Shown piece by piece: positions 1-8,637 of a DNA stretch of 64,000 bases. Each line of letters opens with the position of its first letter. Positions within the stretch are counted from its first letter, which is position 1. The stretch spans positions 13,837 to 77,836 of the forward strand of contig JAJZMB010000053.1 in NCBI GenBank assembly GCA_021803205.1, read 5' to 3'. The DNA comes from Bacillota bacterium (GTDB lineage: Bacteria > Bacillota > Sulfobacillia > RBS10-35 > JAJYVN01). The notes beneath the pieces are model-generated. The model saw nothing but the letters and a program-made list of their open reading frames with translations. It was not told where the DNA came from and did no database searches. The position numbers and the translations under genes are program-made.

Positions 1-946
1 CTTCGGCCTCCTCCTCCACCCCGAAAACCACCCCATCGCCCGGGTCGGGCACAAGGCATCCCGGCAGGGTGGGGTGGGCACGCAACACAACGACGCCCCG
101 ACCACGGCGTGCTGCCCACACCTCCAGGGCCCGCCGCGCCACCACTGCGCCGGGGTGCGTCGCCGCCGCTACGGCCAGGACCTCGCCGGCATCCAAGTCC
201 GGCCACGTCCACCATGGGGACGAGGTTTCCGGGTGCGGGCGCGGGCCACCCACAGACGGGCGGCCTTGGGGCGACCGTTCCTGCCGCACCGGACGGTCCG
301 GCTGCTTGTGCGGTCCCACGACTGCGGCCGGAACCGCCGCTTGCCATCCCGGCCGGCCGGCTCGGACACGGGGCCCGGCGGAGCCGCTCTCCGGACCAAC
401 GGCCCCACGGGTCCGCGGCGGATCGGCCCGCGAGTCACCGGTGCCAGTGCTCCGCCGCACCCCCTCGGCCCGCGCGTCCACCCCTGCGCCCACCCCCCAG
501 ACCGCCCGGCCGGCGCCTCCGGCCCCCGCAGCCCGGCTCTCACCCTCCGGCCCTGTGCTCAGACAACCGGGATGCCATCTCGCAAGCCGCGCCACGTGCG
601 CCACCGACCGCGATTCGGGCACACGTGGCAGGCAGCCGACCCCTCCGGCGGCCAGAACATCCATTCGGAGCGCGGGCGGCGGATCGCTGCAAACCAGCCA
701 GACGTCGCAAACCGCGCCCGCAGCACCCAGTCCGGCGACCGCCCGTTGCACCTCGCCCACGGCCGGCCCGTCCCACGCGGAGACGAGCACGGCAGCCGCG
801 GCTCCGATCCGGGCCGGCCCGCCCGGCGGGACGGCGTCCATCACCACACCCGCACCGACCGCCCGCGCCACCACCGTCCACTCGGCCCACACCGGGTCTC
901 CCCCGCGGACGTAGAGCAAAAGCCCCGTGCACTCCCCTGCCGCCAC
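1..946 (-). CDS. hypothetical protein, C-terminus beyond window edge
   Basis: My manual translation from GTG 946-944 to position 1 (VAAGECTGLLLYVRGGDPVWAEW...) has no stop. Third codon positions are G/C-rich. It is absent from the ORF track because there is no stop inside the window. It lies in the same frame as 947..1669, separated by a single TAG. No family recognised. Confidence 0.4.
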   Translation of the reverse strand, partial: MAAGECTGLLLYVRGGDPVWAEWTVVARAVGAGVVMDAVPPGGPARIGAAAAVLVSAWDGPAVGEVQRAVAGLGAAGAVCDVWLVCSDPPPALRMDVLAAGGVGCLPRVPESRSVAHVARLARWHPGCLSTGPEGESRAAGAGGAGRAVWGVGAGVDARAEGVRRSTGTGDSRADPPRTRGAVGPESGSAGPRVRAGRPGWQAAVPAAVVGPHKQPDRPVRQERSPQGRPSVGGPRPHPETSSPWWTWPDLDAGEVLAVAAATHPGAVVARRALEVWAARRGRGVVVLRAHPTLPGCLVPDPGDGVVFGVEEEAE

Positions 947-1669
947 CTACGGCGACGCCGCCGGGCCGATAAGCCGCAGACCACAGCCGCGCAGGCATGT
1001 CCAGACCGCACCCAGGTCGAACGGGCAGTGGATGCGCAGGTAACCGCCACCCCGCCGCACCGCGGTCCACAGCGACGTGATCCGCATCCCTGCCGGCAGT
1101 CGACCTGCGGCGACGGCCAGGCCGACGTAGCGCAGTGTCCACGCGACATCTCGTGTCCGGGCGATCCACGCCGTCGGCTGGCACCCCTCGGCTCGCTCGC
1201 CCGGGTCCCCGGCGCAATCCGTTGACCGCCCATCCTCGAACCCGCCCGTCTCCGCAGCCGGCTCCACCCGGACCACGGCGTCGCGGCCATGCGTTGACGG
1301 GCTGGGGACGGAGCACGGCCCGCCCACCTGGACCAGGAGGGCCAGTCGGTCCAGCGCACCGCGCAGTCGGTCTGTCGTCGTCGCGCCCCCGTCTGCCGCG
1401 GCCCGCAGGGACACGCCCCGCAGCCGCAACGCCACCGCCGCCGCCTCGGGCGGCCCGACTGCGGGCAGCGCCGCCAAGGCCGCGGTGTCCGCATCCACTG
1501 TGGCGAGGGCTCGGACATCCCGCCTTGCGCGCCGCAACTCGGCGACCATGGAGCGGACCAGTCGCGCGTCACCCCCGGAGCGCATGACCACCGCGAGCCG
1601 ATCAAGGGTCGCGTGTACCTCCAGCAGCCACCGCCAGCGCCAGATCACGGCATCGGTCACGCCGACCAC
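947..1669 (-). CDS. hypothetical protein
   Basis: 240-aa ORF with G/C-rich third positions. An AT-rich island lies directly upstream. No motif recognised. Confidence 0.5.
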   Translation of the reverse strand: MVGVTDAVIWRWRWLLEVHATLDRLAVVMRSGGDARLVRSMVAELRRARRDVRALATVDADTAALAALPAVGPPEAAAVALRLRGVSLRAAADGGATTTDRLRGALDRLALLVQVGGPCSVPSPSTHGRDAVVRVEPAAETGGFEDGRSTDCAGDPGERAEGCQPTAWIARTRDVAWTLRYVGLAVAAGRLPAGMRITSLWTAVRRGGGYLRIHCPFDLGAVWTCLRGCGLRLIGPAASP

Positions 1670-1695
1670 CCCGTAAGGTAAAGTGGGTGCACATC

Positions 1696-1744
1696 CAGAC
1701 TATACCATCCATATACTAGTAGTCCAGTACAATTTTTACATTAT
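1696..1744. promoter_or_regulatory. AT-rich island, putative promoter region upstream of 947..1669
   Basis: The sequence ...CAGACTATACCATCCATATACTAGTAGTCCAGTACAATTTTTACATTATT... is a sharp drop in GC within a ~70% GC background. It lies next to the start of a minus-strand gene. No clean -35/-10 pair could be assigned. Confidence 0.25.
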
Positions 1745-2362
1745 TCGGCCGCGGGAGGACCGGCGACCCACCCCAGCTGCGGCGCCGGCACAGGCCCGTA
1801 CCGACGGTCCGGTATCACGCACACGCGCTACGGCCGGCACGCCCTCCGCCGAATGGCCAGAGACTGCAGTTTCAAATGGTGCCGCCGGGACAACCGGGCC
1901 GGAGCCGGCCCCCTGCGCCCGCGCGAGGCACCGCGCACCGCGCACGCCGGGCCGGCCCACCCGAACAGGGCTCCAGAGAACCTGCTGGGAAGGACACGGG
2001 TAGACCGGTGCCGCGCTGAGCGCGGTTCCACACGACCGACGGCCGAGGCGGACCAGAAGCGATTGGCATTGGAGCCAAATACTTGAAAACAGTCCATACA
2101 CCTATGTTTGGAAGGGATTCTTGCGGCGGCGGCCCGGGGCCCGAGCGGCGAGTTCGGGCCTTGCGCCCCCTCCGCCAACCCGCTACCGTCATGGGTGCGT
2201 TGCGGAACAGGCGTGCGCGCGCATCCGTTGGCCGCCGTCTGCAGCGTCTGCAGGAGGCCCTGCGCGCAGCCACGCCGACATTGCGCGCGCCCATTTTGCG
2301 GGGCTCCTGTGGCGCGCCCGGCCGCATTGCACACCCCGGACCGGACGGGAGGATGGAGCCAG

Positions 2363-3205
2363 CTGGAAGATACCGAATCTCCGGACGGGCGCGTCCGCAG
2401 TCCCTGGGCGCATGAGACCGCCACTATCCTGAGACACGCGCGCGGGGGCCCGGATTGGTATACGTTGACCCTCTCGGCTGGAGCCCTGGCCACCGCCGCC
2501 CTACCCGGCCAGTTCGTACAGGTCGATGTGCGCGGCGACGGTGCGGTGGCGCGTACGGCCGACCCGCTCCTGCGCCGACCGCTCTCCCTCTGCACGATCG
2601 ATGCCGCAGGCGGCCGCATCTCACTCATCTACCGCGTCGTGGGGCGGGGCACGGCGCTTCTGGCACGCGCCCGCCCGGGGGATCGCCTGAGTCTGCTCGG
2701 ACCACTGGGCCGCTCCTTCCCCGAACCGTCCCGGCGCCCCGACCAACCGCTCCTGCTGGTCGGGGGTGGTCTCGGCATCCCGCCCCTGGCCGGTGCCGCC
2801 GCGTGGGCGAGACGGGCCGGCCGGCAACCGGTCGCGCTTCTCGGGGCCCGGCGCGCGGCGGATCTGGCCGGCGTCACGGAGGTGCGAGCGGCCGGCGGTG
2901 CCGTGGTCACCGCCACCGAGGACGGCAGCGCGGGCCGGCGGGGACTGGTCACGGACATCCTATCCGCCCGGCTGTCGGCAGATATGGAGGTCTGGGCCTG
3001 CGGACCGAACCCCATGCTCGCCGCCGTCGCCGACCTCTGCCGGCGGGCGGGCGCCGAGTGCTGGCTCTGCGTCGAGCGGCCCATGGCCTGCGGCTTCGGG
3101 GTATGCATCGGCTGCGCCATCTCGCGCGCGGCAGGGGATGGCTACCTCAAGGCCTGCGTGGATGGACCCGTCTTTGCCGCCGCGGAGGTCAACGTGCTCG
3201 CCTGA
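2363..3205 (+). CDS. pyrK: dihydroorotate dehydrogenase (class 1B) electron-transfer subunit
   Basis: FAD/NAD-binding fold (LPGQFVQVDV, RRPLSL, LLLVGGGLGIPPL). C-terminal 2Fe-2S motif MACGFGVCIGC...C. The end is firm. The start is uncertain: CTG 2363 lies 10 nt after GGGAGGA, and the ORF stays open back to 2108. Confidence 0.85.
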   Translation: MEDTESPDGRVRSPWAHETATILRHARGGPDWYTLTLSAGALATAALPGQFVQVDVRGDGAVARTADPLLRRPLSLCTIDAAGGRISLIYRVVGRGTALLARARPGDRLSLLGPLGRSFPEPSRRPDQPLLLVGGGLGIPPLAGAAAWARRAGRQPVALLGARRAADLAGVTEVRAAGGAVVTATEDGSAGRRGLVTDILSARLSADMEVWACGPNPMLAAVADLCRRAGAECWLCVERPMACGFGVCIGCAISRAAGDGYLKACVDGPVFAAAEVNVLA

Positions 3206-3225
3206 GGTCAACGTGCTCGCCTGAG
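3185..3225 (+). repeat. perfect 19-nt tandem duplication spanning the pyrK stop codon
   Basis: AGGTCAACGTGCTCGCCTG occurs at 3186-3204 and again at 3205-3223, followed by a partial third start (AG). The pyrK TGA is at 3203-3205. Confidence 0.9.
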
Positions 3226-3265
3226 AGTCGCCCGGGTTCCACCCGGGCATCCCGAGGAGGAACCC

Positions 3266-4096
3266 ATGCCCGAACCCGAAGCCCTGCGCGGTGAGATCCG
3301 CCGCGCCCTGTCAGCACTGCGCCGGCGCCGGCCGATGCTGCACGCGATCACCAACCCCGTGGCGATGGCCCTCACCGCCAACGGGTTGCTGGCGTGCGGC
3401 GCCGCCTCCCCCGTCATGGCCGATGATCCCGCGGAAGCCGCCGGCATGGCAGCCGTCTCCTCCGCGGTCCTGGTCAACCTCGGGACCTTCCACCCCTCAA
3501 CGGCCCAGGCAATGCGCTCGGCCGCCGAGACGGCGCATGGCGGTGGCCGGCCGGTCGTCCTGGATCCGGTGGCCGCAGGGGCCTCCCGCCTGCGACTCGC
3601 GTTCGCCGAGGACCTCCTGGGGCGCGGCCTGGTGACGGCGGTGAAGGGCAACGCCGACGAAGTGCTGGCCCTGGGCGGCGATCCCTCCGCGTCCCTGGTC
3701 GGATACGGCACGGAGGCCGTCGATCCGGCGGCGGGGGTGGACGCCGCGCGGGCCCTGTGCCGCCGGCACGCGCTGGTCGCGGTGCGTACGGGACCGGTCG
3801 ACTACGCCACCGACGGCCGGCGCGCTTTCGAGGTGGAAAACGGCACGCCCCTGCTTGCCCTGACCACGGCCACCGGATGCCTGGCCGGCGCGCTGATCGC
3901 GGTCTTCCTCGCCGTGGAGCCGCCCGGAGCGGCGGCGGCCGCCTGCGCCCTGGCGGTGCTCGGCGTGGCCGCGGAGCGCGCGGCGCAGGTCGCCGGCGGC
4001 CCCGGCTCCTTCATCCCGGCCCTGCTCGACGCCCTCTTCGCCCTCACCCCGGAGGAGGCGGCCGATGCTGCCCGGATTCGCCCAGGCAGGCCCTGA
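3266..4096 (+). CDS. thiM: hydroxyethylthiazole kinase
   Basis: HAITNPVAMALTANGLLACGAASPVMA, VLDPVAAG and VKGNADEV are ThiM-type motifs. GAGGAGG lies 5 nt upstream of the ATG. Confidence 0.9.
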   Translation: MPEPEALRGEIRRALSALRRRRPMLHAITNPVAMALTANGLLACGAASPVMADDPAEAAGMAAVSSAVLVNLGTFHPSTAQAMRSAAETAHGGGRPVVLDPVAAGASRLRLAFAEDLLGRGLVTAVKGNADEVLALGGDPSASLVGYGTEAVDPAAGVDAARALCRRHALVAVRTGPVDYATDGRRAFEVENGTPLLALTTATGCLAGALIAVFLAVEPPGAAAAACALAVLGVAAERAAQVAGGPGSFIPALLDALFALTPEEAADAARIRPGRP

Positions 4097-4182
4097 GGAA
4101 TGCCGAGCGCCGGTGCCAGGGCGGGCGCGGGCCTTGCCTACAGCCGCGGCAGCATATAGCGTCGCTTGCGCGAGGTGATCTG

Positions 4183-5154
4183 ATGCGGGCGCAGGATGAC
4201 GCAGGGGCTACGGTCGCGACCGGGGTCGCGGCCGGCCTGGATCCTGCCGTTTCGGTAGCCGGCATCCGCTGCGCCCACCCCGTGTGGACGGCCTCTGGCT
4301 GCTGCAACTACGGGCGCGAACTCGCCGCCCTCTTTCCGCTGCGCGAACTCGGCGCGATCTGCGTCAAAGGTACCTCTGTGGAGCCCTGGACCGGCAATCC
4401 CGGTCCCCGCGTCGCGGAAACCGCCGCGGGCCTGCTCAACGCCATAGGCCTGCAAAATCCCGGCGTCGACCACCTCCTATCGGTGGAGCTGCCGTGGCTC
4501 ACCGCCGAGGGTGCGACCGTGGTCGTCAACGTGGTCGGACGGACCATCGAGGAATACGTGGCAGTGGTGGAGCGCCTGGGTACAGCCCCGACCGGGGCGG
4601 TGGCGGGGATCGAACTGAACATCTCCTGCCCCAACGTCAGGGAGGGTGGGCTGCAGTTCGGCGCCGACGCGCGCGCCGCCGCCGAGGTGACCGCCGCCGT
4701 CCGGGCGGCAACGCGGCTGCCGCTGGTGGTGAAGCTCTCCCCCAACGTCTCCGACGTTGCGGCATTCGCCGCGGCCGTGGAGGCGGCCGGTGCCGACGCG
4801 GTGTCTCTGATCAATACGCTGCTTGGCATGGCGATCGACCCGACGCGGCGCCGCCCCGTGCTGGGCAACACGACCGGCGGGTTGTCCGGTCCGGCGGTCA
4901 AGCCCGTGGCTCTGCGTATGGTGTGGGAGGTCTCGCGCGCGGTGTCCATCCCCGTGGTGGGCGTGGGAGGCATCGCCAGCGGCCTTGATGCGGCGGAGTT
5001 CCTGCTGGCCGGTGCGCGGGCGGTGCAGGTGGGTACGGCCATCTTCGCCGATCCCTGGTCCCCGCTGAGGATACGGGACGAGCTACTGGGATGGATGCGC
5101 GAACAGGGCATCCGCCGGGTGTCCGAGGTGGTGGGGGCCGCCAGGCCCCGCTGA
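4183..5154 (+). CDS. pyrD: dihydroorotate dehydrogenase (class 1B) catalytic subunit
   Basis: IELNISCPN active-site Cys motif, GGLSGPAVKP, VGVGGI. GAGGTGA RBS 4 nt before ATG 4183. The longer ORF from 3757 is Arg/Pro-rich junk. Confidence 0.92.
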   Translation: MRAQDDAGATVATGVAAGLDPAVSVAGIRCAHPVWTASGCCNYGRELAALFPLRELGAICVKGTSVEPWTGNPGPRVAETAAGLLNAIGLQNPGVDHLLSVELPWLTAEGATVVVNVVGRTIEEYVAVVERLGTAPTGAVAGIELNISCPNVREGGLQFGADARAAAEVTAAVRAATRLPLVVKLSPNVSDVAAFAAAVEAAGADAVSLINTLLGMAIDPTRRRPVLGNTTGGLSGPAVKPVALRMVWEVSRAVSIPVVGVGGIASGLDAAEFLLAGARAVQVGTAIFADPWSPLRIRDELLGWMREQGIRRVSEVVGAARPR

Positions 5155-5502
5155 AACGGCCGGAAAAGGGATCAGCCGCCCAGGCCGCCGGGGCGCTTCT
5201 AGATCGGGTGCCGCACCCCTGGTGCCTTCCGGGACTGCCCGCCCTGTCTTCGGCGACGTGGGCGCCTGGATCTGTCCTCAGGATTTCCGCAGCCCAGACG
5301 ACCGGTGCCGGAGGGAACCCGTGGACACCGGCGAACATCCAAGCCCTCCGGCGGACGTGAGCACTCCGGCCGTGTGCCCCGTCGACAGATCTCCCCGTGT
5401 GGCGGCCCACATCCAGCGGGTGCGGGTTGCGCAGCGCGGGGAAGGCCGGCGTCAGAGGTCGCAGCGTTGGGGGGCTTGCGGGTGCGTGCAATCCCCAGGT
5501 GG

Positions 5503-6570
5503 ATGGCGATCCTGGCCCTGGCGGGGATATTGGCCACCGCCGGACCGGTGCAGGCCGCAGGGAGCGGGGCATCACTGCCAGGGGCCATCATCACCTACAT
5601 CAACGACCCTCTCCTCGGAGCACAGCGCGTCCACGCCTTTGTGCAACACAGCGGGCCGACGCTGCTTTTCAGCGACGACCCCGAGACGGTGCCGGGACCC
5701 GGCATCCTCTATCAGGACACCGTCTCCGGCGCATTTCGCGTGTTTTTCGACCATGTCGACGGAGCCGCCGAACCGCTGGCCTTCTCCGTACTGGCGACCG
5801 ACCGCGGGACGGGGCCCGTGCACATCCGCCTGGGGCGGGTGGGGGAGGCCGGCCCGTCGCGTGCGGTGCTCCGCAACGGGCAGGCGGCGCAGCACAGCTG
5901 GCTCGCATCCTCGGGCGGCGCCACGTTGACTCTGGCACCGGGACAGACGGCGTTCCTCGACCCGGCGGCCACCCCGCGGACGGCGCAGTCGGGTCAGAAC
6001 GTCACCGGCATCCTCGACGCCACCGCCGACGGAGACATCCTGGTGTCGGTGGTGGCCCAGAGCAGGGCGGTGGCGGACCTGGCGGGACTCGCGATCCTGC
6101 CGGCGACATTGACGCCGACAGGGTTCATCGGGCGGGGCACCTTCCCCCAGGCGGACTTGCGTCTCACGGCTCAGGGGAACGGCGGGATGCAGTACGTGCG
6201 GGTCGCCTCGCCGATCTCCTACCTCCGGGGCTTCTCCGCCGTCGACGGGGTGCCGACCGAAGACTACGGCAACTACGGCGTGCTCTATGACATGCACGTC
6301 ATTGTGACGGCGGGCCGCAACGAGCCCTTGGCGGCCATCTTCGACCCGTTGGGAGGAGCATTCGCCGGTGCGGCCCGCCTCGGTATCGGCTTTGTGCCCG
6401 GCGCGCTGGTGAACATACCCTCGGAGGGCGGCTTCTCGGCCAACCCCACCTCGGGAATCCTTCTCGGCCGTTACGCGCTCGCCGCGGGCATGCCGGTCAA
6501 CCTGCACATACAATGGATGCCGCCCAGCGGGAGCAGTCTGCCGGCGGCACTCCTGCTGGAATCGGATTGA
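5503..6570 (+). CDS. secreted hypothetical protein
   Basis: Signal peptide MAILALAGILATAGPVQAAG, followed by a 335-aa Gly/Ala/Thr-rich domain. No family recognised. Confidence 0.7.
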   Translation: MAILALAGILATAGPVQAAGSGASLPGAIITYINDPLLGAQRVHAFVQHSGPTLLFSDDPETVPGPGILYQDTVSGAFRVFFDHVDGAAEPLAFSVLATDRGTGPVHIRLGRVGEAGPSRAVLRNGQAAQHSWLASSGGATLTLAPGQTAFLDPAATPRTAQSGQNVTGILDATADGDILVSVVAQSRAVADLAGLAILPATLTPTGFIGRGTFPQADLRLTAQGNGGMQYVRVASPISYLRGFSAVDGVPTEDYGNYGVLYDMHVIVTAGRNEPLAAIFDPLGGAFAGAARLGIGFVPGALVNIPSEGGFSANPTSGILLGRYALAAGMPVNLHIQWMPPSGSSLPAALLLESD

Positions 6571-6752
6571 GTCGGGTCGGGAGCCGCTCGCACCTGCGCC
6601 GCTCCAGTACCTCTGCGGCGCCTCGCGCCTCCGGACCGGCGGTCGTCTCAGCCGTATCATCGGCGATGCACCGCCTGGGGCTCACCCGCATATTCCCTGT
6701 CCCAGAGGCGTCGCCCGCGGCGGGCGCGGAGCGCCCAGGGAGGATGGGACAC

Positions 6753-7292
6753 GTGAGCGTCAATGCGTCGACGCCGGCCTGCACCGGCGGGCAACTGTAC
6801 ACCGTGCGGCCGGGGGACACCCTACCATCGATCGGTTCCGCTTTCGGCATCTCGCTCGAGTCCCTGGTGACCGCCAACCCGCAACTGATCACCGCCGGAC
6901 TGGTGCTCTGCGTGCCGGTGAGCACGGCGGCCTGCTGCCTGGTGCTGACCCCACCCGGCGGCGGTCCTGCCGGGGCCTCGGGGATTGCCCTGGTGAGCCC
7001 GTCTGCGAGCCTCGGCGGCACGACCCTGCTCGTCGGGGCGATCAACCTTCCGCCTCCCGCCACTTTCGGTGCCTTCGACACCTACTTCACACGTTTCGTC
7101 CCGCCGCAGGGCCCGTCGCTCAGCTTCGCCCTCGGGATGACCACCTCTGCACCGCAAGCGGTGTATGCCGGCGGTACGGCGGGTGTCACCGCGTCGCTGC
7201 CCGCTACGACCACGGTGCTGGTCTTCCCGGGAACAGCGGTCGGAGCGGTCGGCCCGGTGGTACTGCAGGGAACTCTGGCCAACTGCCGCTAG
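6753..7292 (+). CDS. LysM domain-containing protein
   Basis: LysM motif YTVRPGDTLPSIGSAFGISLESLVTANPQLITAGLVLCVP. GTG 6753 lies 9 nt after GGGAGG. Confidence 0.8.
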   Translation: MSVNASTPACTGGQLYTVRPGDTLPSIGSAFGISLESLVTANPQLITAGLVLCVPVSTAACCLVLTPPGGGPAGASGIALVSPSASLGGTTLLVGAINLPPPATFGAFDTYFTRFVPPQGPSLSFALGMTTSAPQAVYAGGTAGVTASLPATTTVLVFPGTAVGAVGPVVLQGTLANCR

Positions 7293-7474
7293 CGGCGCGT
7301 CCATCAAGTCCTGACCGTCACCAACGGAACGGCACCGCCTCGGGATAGCGGCCATCGGTCGCGACCGTTACGGCCCAGGTGGAGGACGTCGCATCCGCCA
7401 TTGGCGCCAGGACTTGAGCGGCATGCTGTCGCCGGCGCTCGACGCAGCGAGACAGAACTTGATGGACGCGCCGC
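7292..7474. repeat. hairpin-closed 183-nt intergenic element ('core' repeat, copy 1)
   Basis: 22-nt inverted arms at 7292-7313 and 7453-7474 (21/22 complementary). Homologous to 49213-49404. No credible ORF. Confidence 0.8.
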
Positions 7475-7884
7475 CAGTACTGTCCTCCGCACTGGCAAGG
7501 CCTGGGCCGAGGTGGGAACTCATGAAGTGGCGAACCGGGCCTGCCCGGCCGTTCATGCACTTTGGGGCCGCCCTGCCGACCACTGCCCCGCTGTTCCGAA
7601 CCGTCGTCGGCGCCAACTGCCGCTGGGCGCGTGCCGCAAAGCAGGACCTTCGCAGCACGCTCGATGCCCCGATTTCCTGTCCCTCAATGCCTTCAAGGAC
7701 GCGGCCAGAACCGGGAACCGGCGGGCACCCTCCGGAGGGGGTGTCGCGACGAAGGACCGCGCGGCACCCTCAGGCCCCGGTTCCGCTTCCCTGCTCTGCG
7801 CGGGCGGCTATCGCCATCGGAAGCGCGGTTTCGGAAGCCGGCTGCGCCGGAGGATCACCACTACGGTTCGCCGCGCCGCAGGAA

Positions 7885-7984
7885 CCCGGCAAAGTCGTCC
7901 AGTGGGCCAAGCGGCGGGGGGCCCGGACGGTCGTGACCCACAAACGCTGGTGGTGGGCACCTGCCCTGACCTGACTTTGCCGGG
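7885..7984. repeat. GACTTTGCCG-hairpin repeat (L-type, copy L1)
   Basis: CCCGGCAAAGTC (7885-7896) and GACTTTGCCGGG (7973-7984) are perfect inverted arms. The internal GGGGCCCGGACGG box resembles the other L copies. Confidence 0.65.
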
Positions 7985-8136
7985 AGCCTGGCCGCGCCGG
8001 CACCCGCCAAGCGGAGGCGAGACGGGGACACACCACTCGCGGCATGGCCGCCGTTCGCACTTAAAGCCCCAAGCAGACGATTGTCGCACGGCCTCACGCG
8101 GCGTTCAGGACATCCTCCCCCTGGCTACAGCCCTCT

Positions 8137-8508
8137 TCAGCCGCGGCGAGGGGCGCATCGCCCCCCCACCTTACGGTCCCCAACCCGCGCTTCCCCCTCC
8201 TGGCCCGATGCCTCCAGCGCCGCCAGCAACCGGCGTCGCAGCGGCCCGTCGCGGCCCATGCGCGCGACGACAGCCACCAGCACGTCCTCCAGCAGCGATG
8301 ACCCTCCGTCAGCGGACGGGGCGACGGCATCGGCCGCCACGTCGGCCATCGCCGCCGCCAACAGCCGGCGGCCGGCATCCGAACGCGCCCAGCGGTCGAA
8401 CCAGCGTTGCGCATTGGCCTCGAGGACGCGCGCCAGCCGCTCTTCCGCCCACACCTCCAGGGGTCCGAACCAGTTCCGTCCCGTGCCCAACTCCACACCG
8501 CCCCCCAA
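8137..8508 (-). CDS. hypothetical protein
   Basis: 123-aa ORF with G/C-rich third positions, divergent from the amidase gene. No motif recognised. Confidence 0.45.
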   Translation of the reverse strand: MGGGVELGTGRNWFGPLEVWAEERLARVLEANAQRWFDRWARSDAGRRLLAAAMADVAADAVAPSADGGSSLLEDVLVAVVARMGRDGPLRRRLLAALEASGQEGEARVGDRKVGGRCAPRRG

Positions 8509-8637
8509 GCCGCGATTGTTTCACCCGCCGCGGCTCCGCATAATGGAGTCACCGCTTCCTGCGGCACCGGTCCGGTGCGGGACGTGCACGCGGGCCCGTC
8601 GGCGCATCGCACCCAGGACGATCAGGGGAGGCCGCCC

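Noticed and set aside
1960-1995. PyrR-binding-loop-like sequence CAGGGCTCCAGAGAACCTG upstream of pyrK.
   Set aside because: It matches only the UCCAGAGA part of the ARUCCAGAGAGGYU consensus. It lies about 390 nt from the pyrK start. No convincing terminator/antiterminator pair follows.
3205-3265. Possible TPP riboswitch upstream of thiM, since CTGAGA is present at 3221-3226.
   Set aside because: Only 60 nt separate pyrK and thiM. The ACCTGATCTGGATAATGCCAGCG-type core is absent. The only structure is a simple CCCGGG hairpin.
7292-7474. Assignment of the core repeat to a known RNA: 6S, SRP, RNase P, tmRNA, or the glmS, lysine or cobalamin riboswitch.
   Set aside because: None of the family-defining sequence cores could be found by eye. 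These include GGAAGGAAGCAGC for SRP, GAGGAAAGTCC for RNase P and the B12 box. Two copies argue against single-copy housekeeping RNAs. It is left as unclassified pending a covariance-model search.
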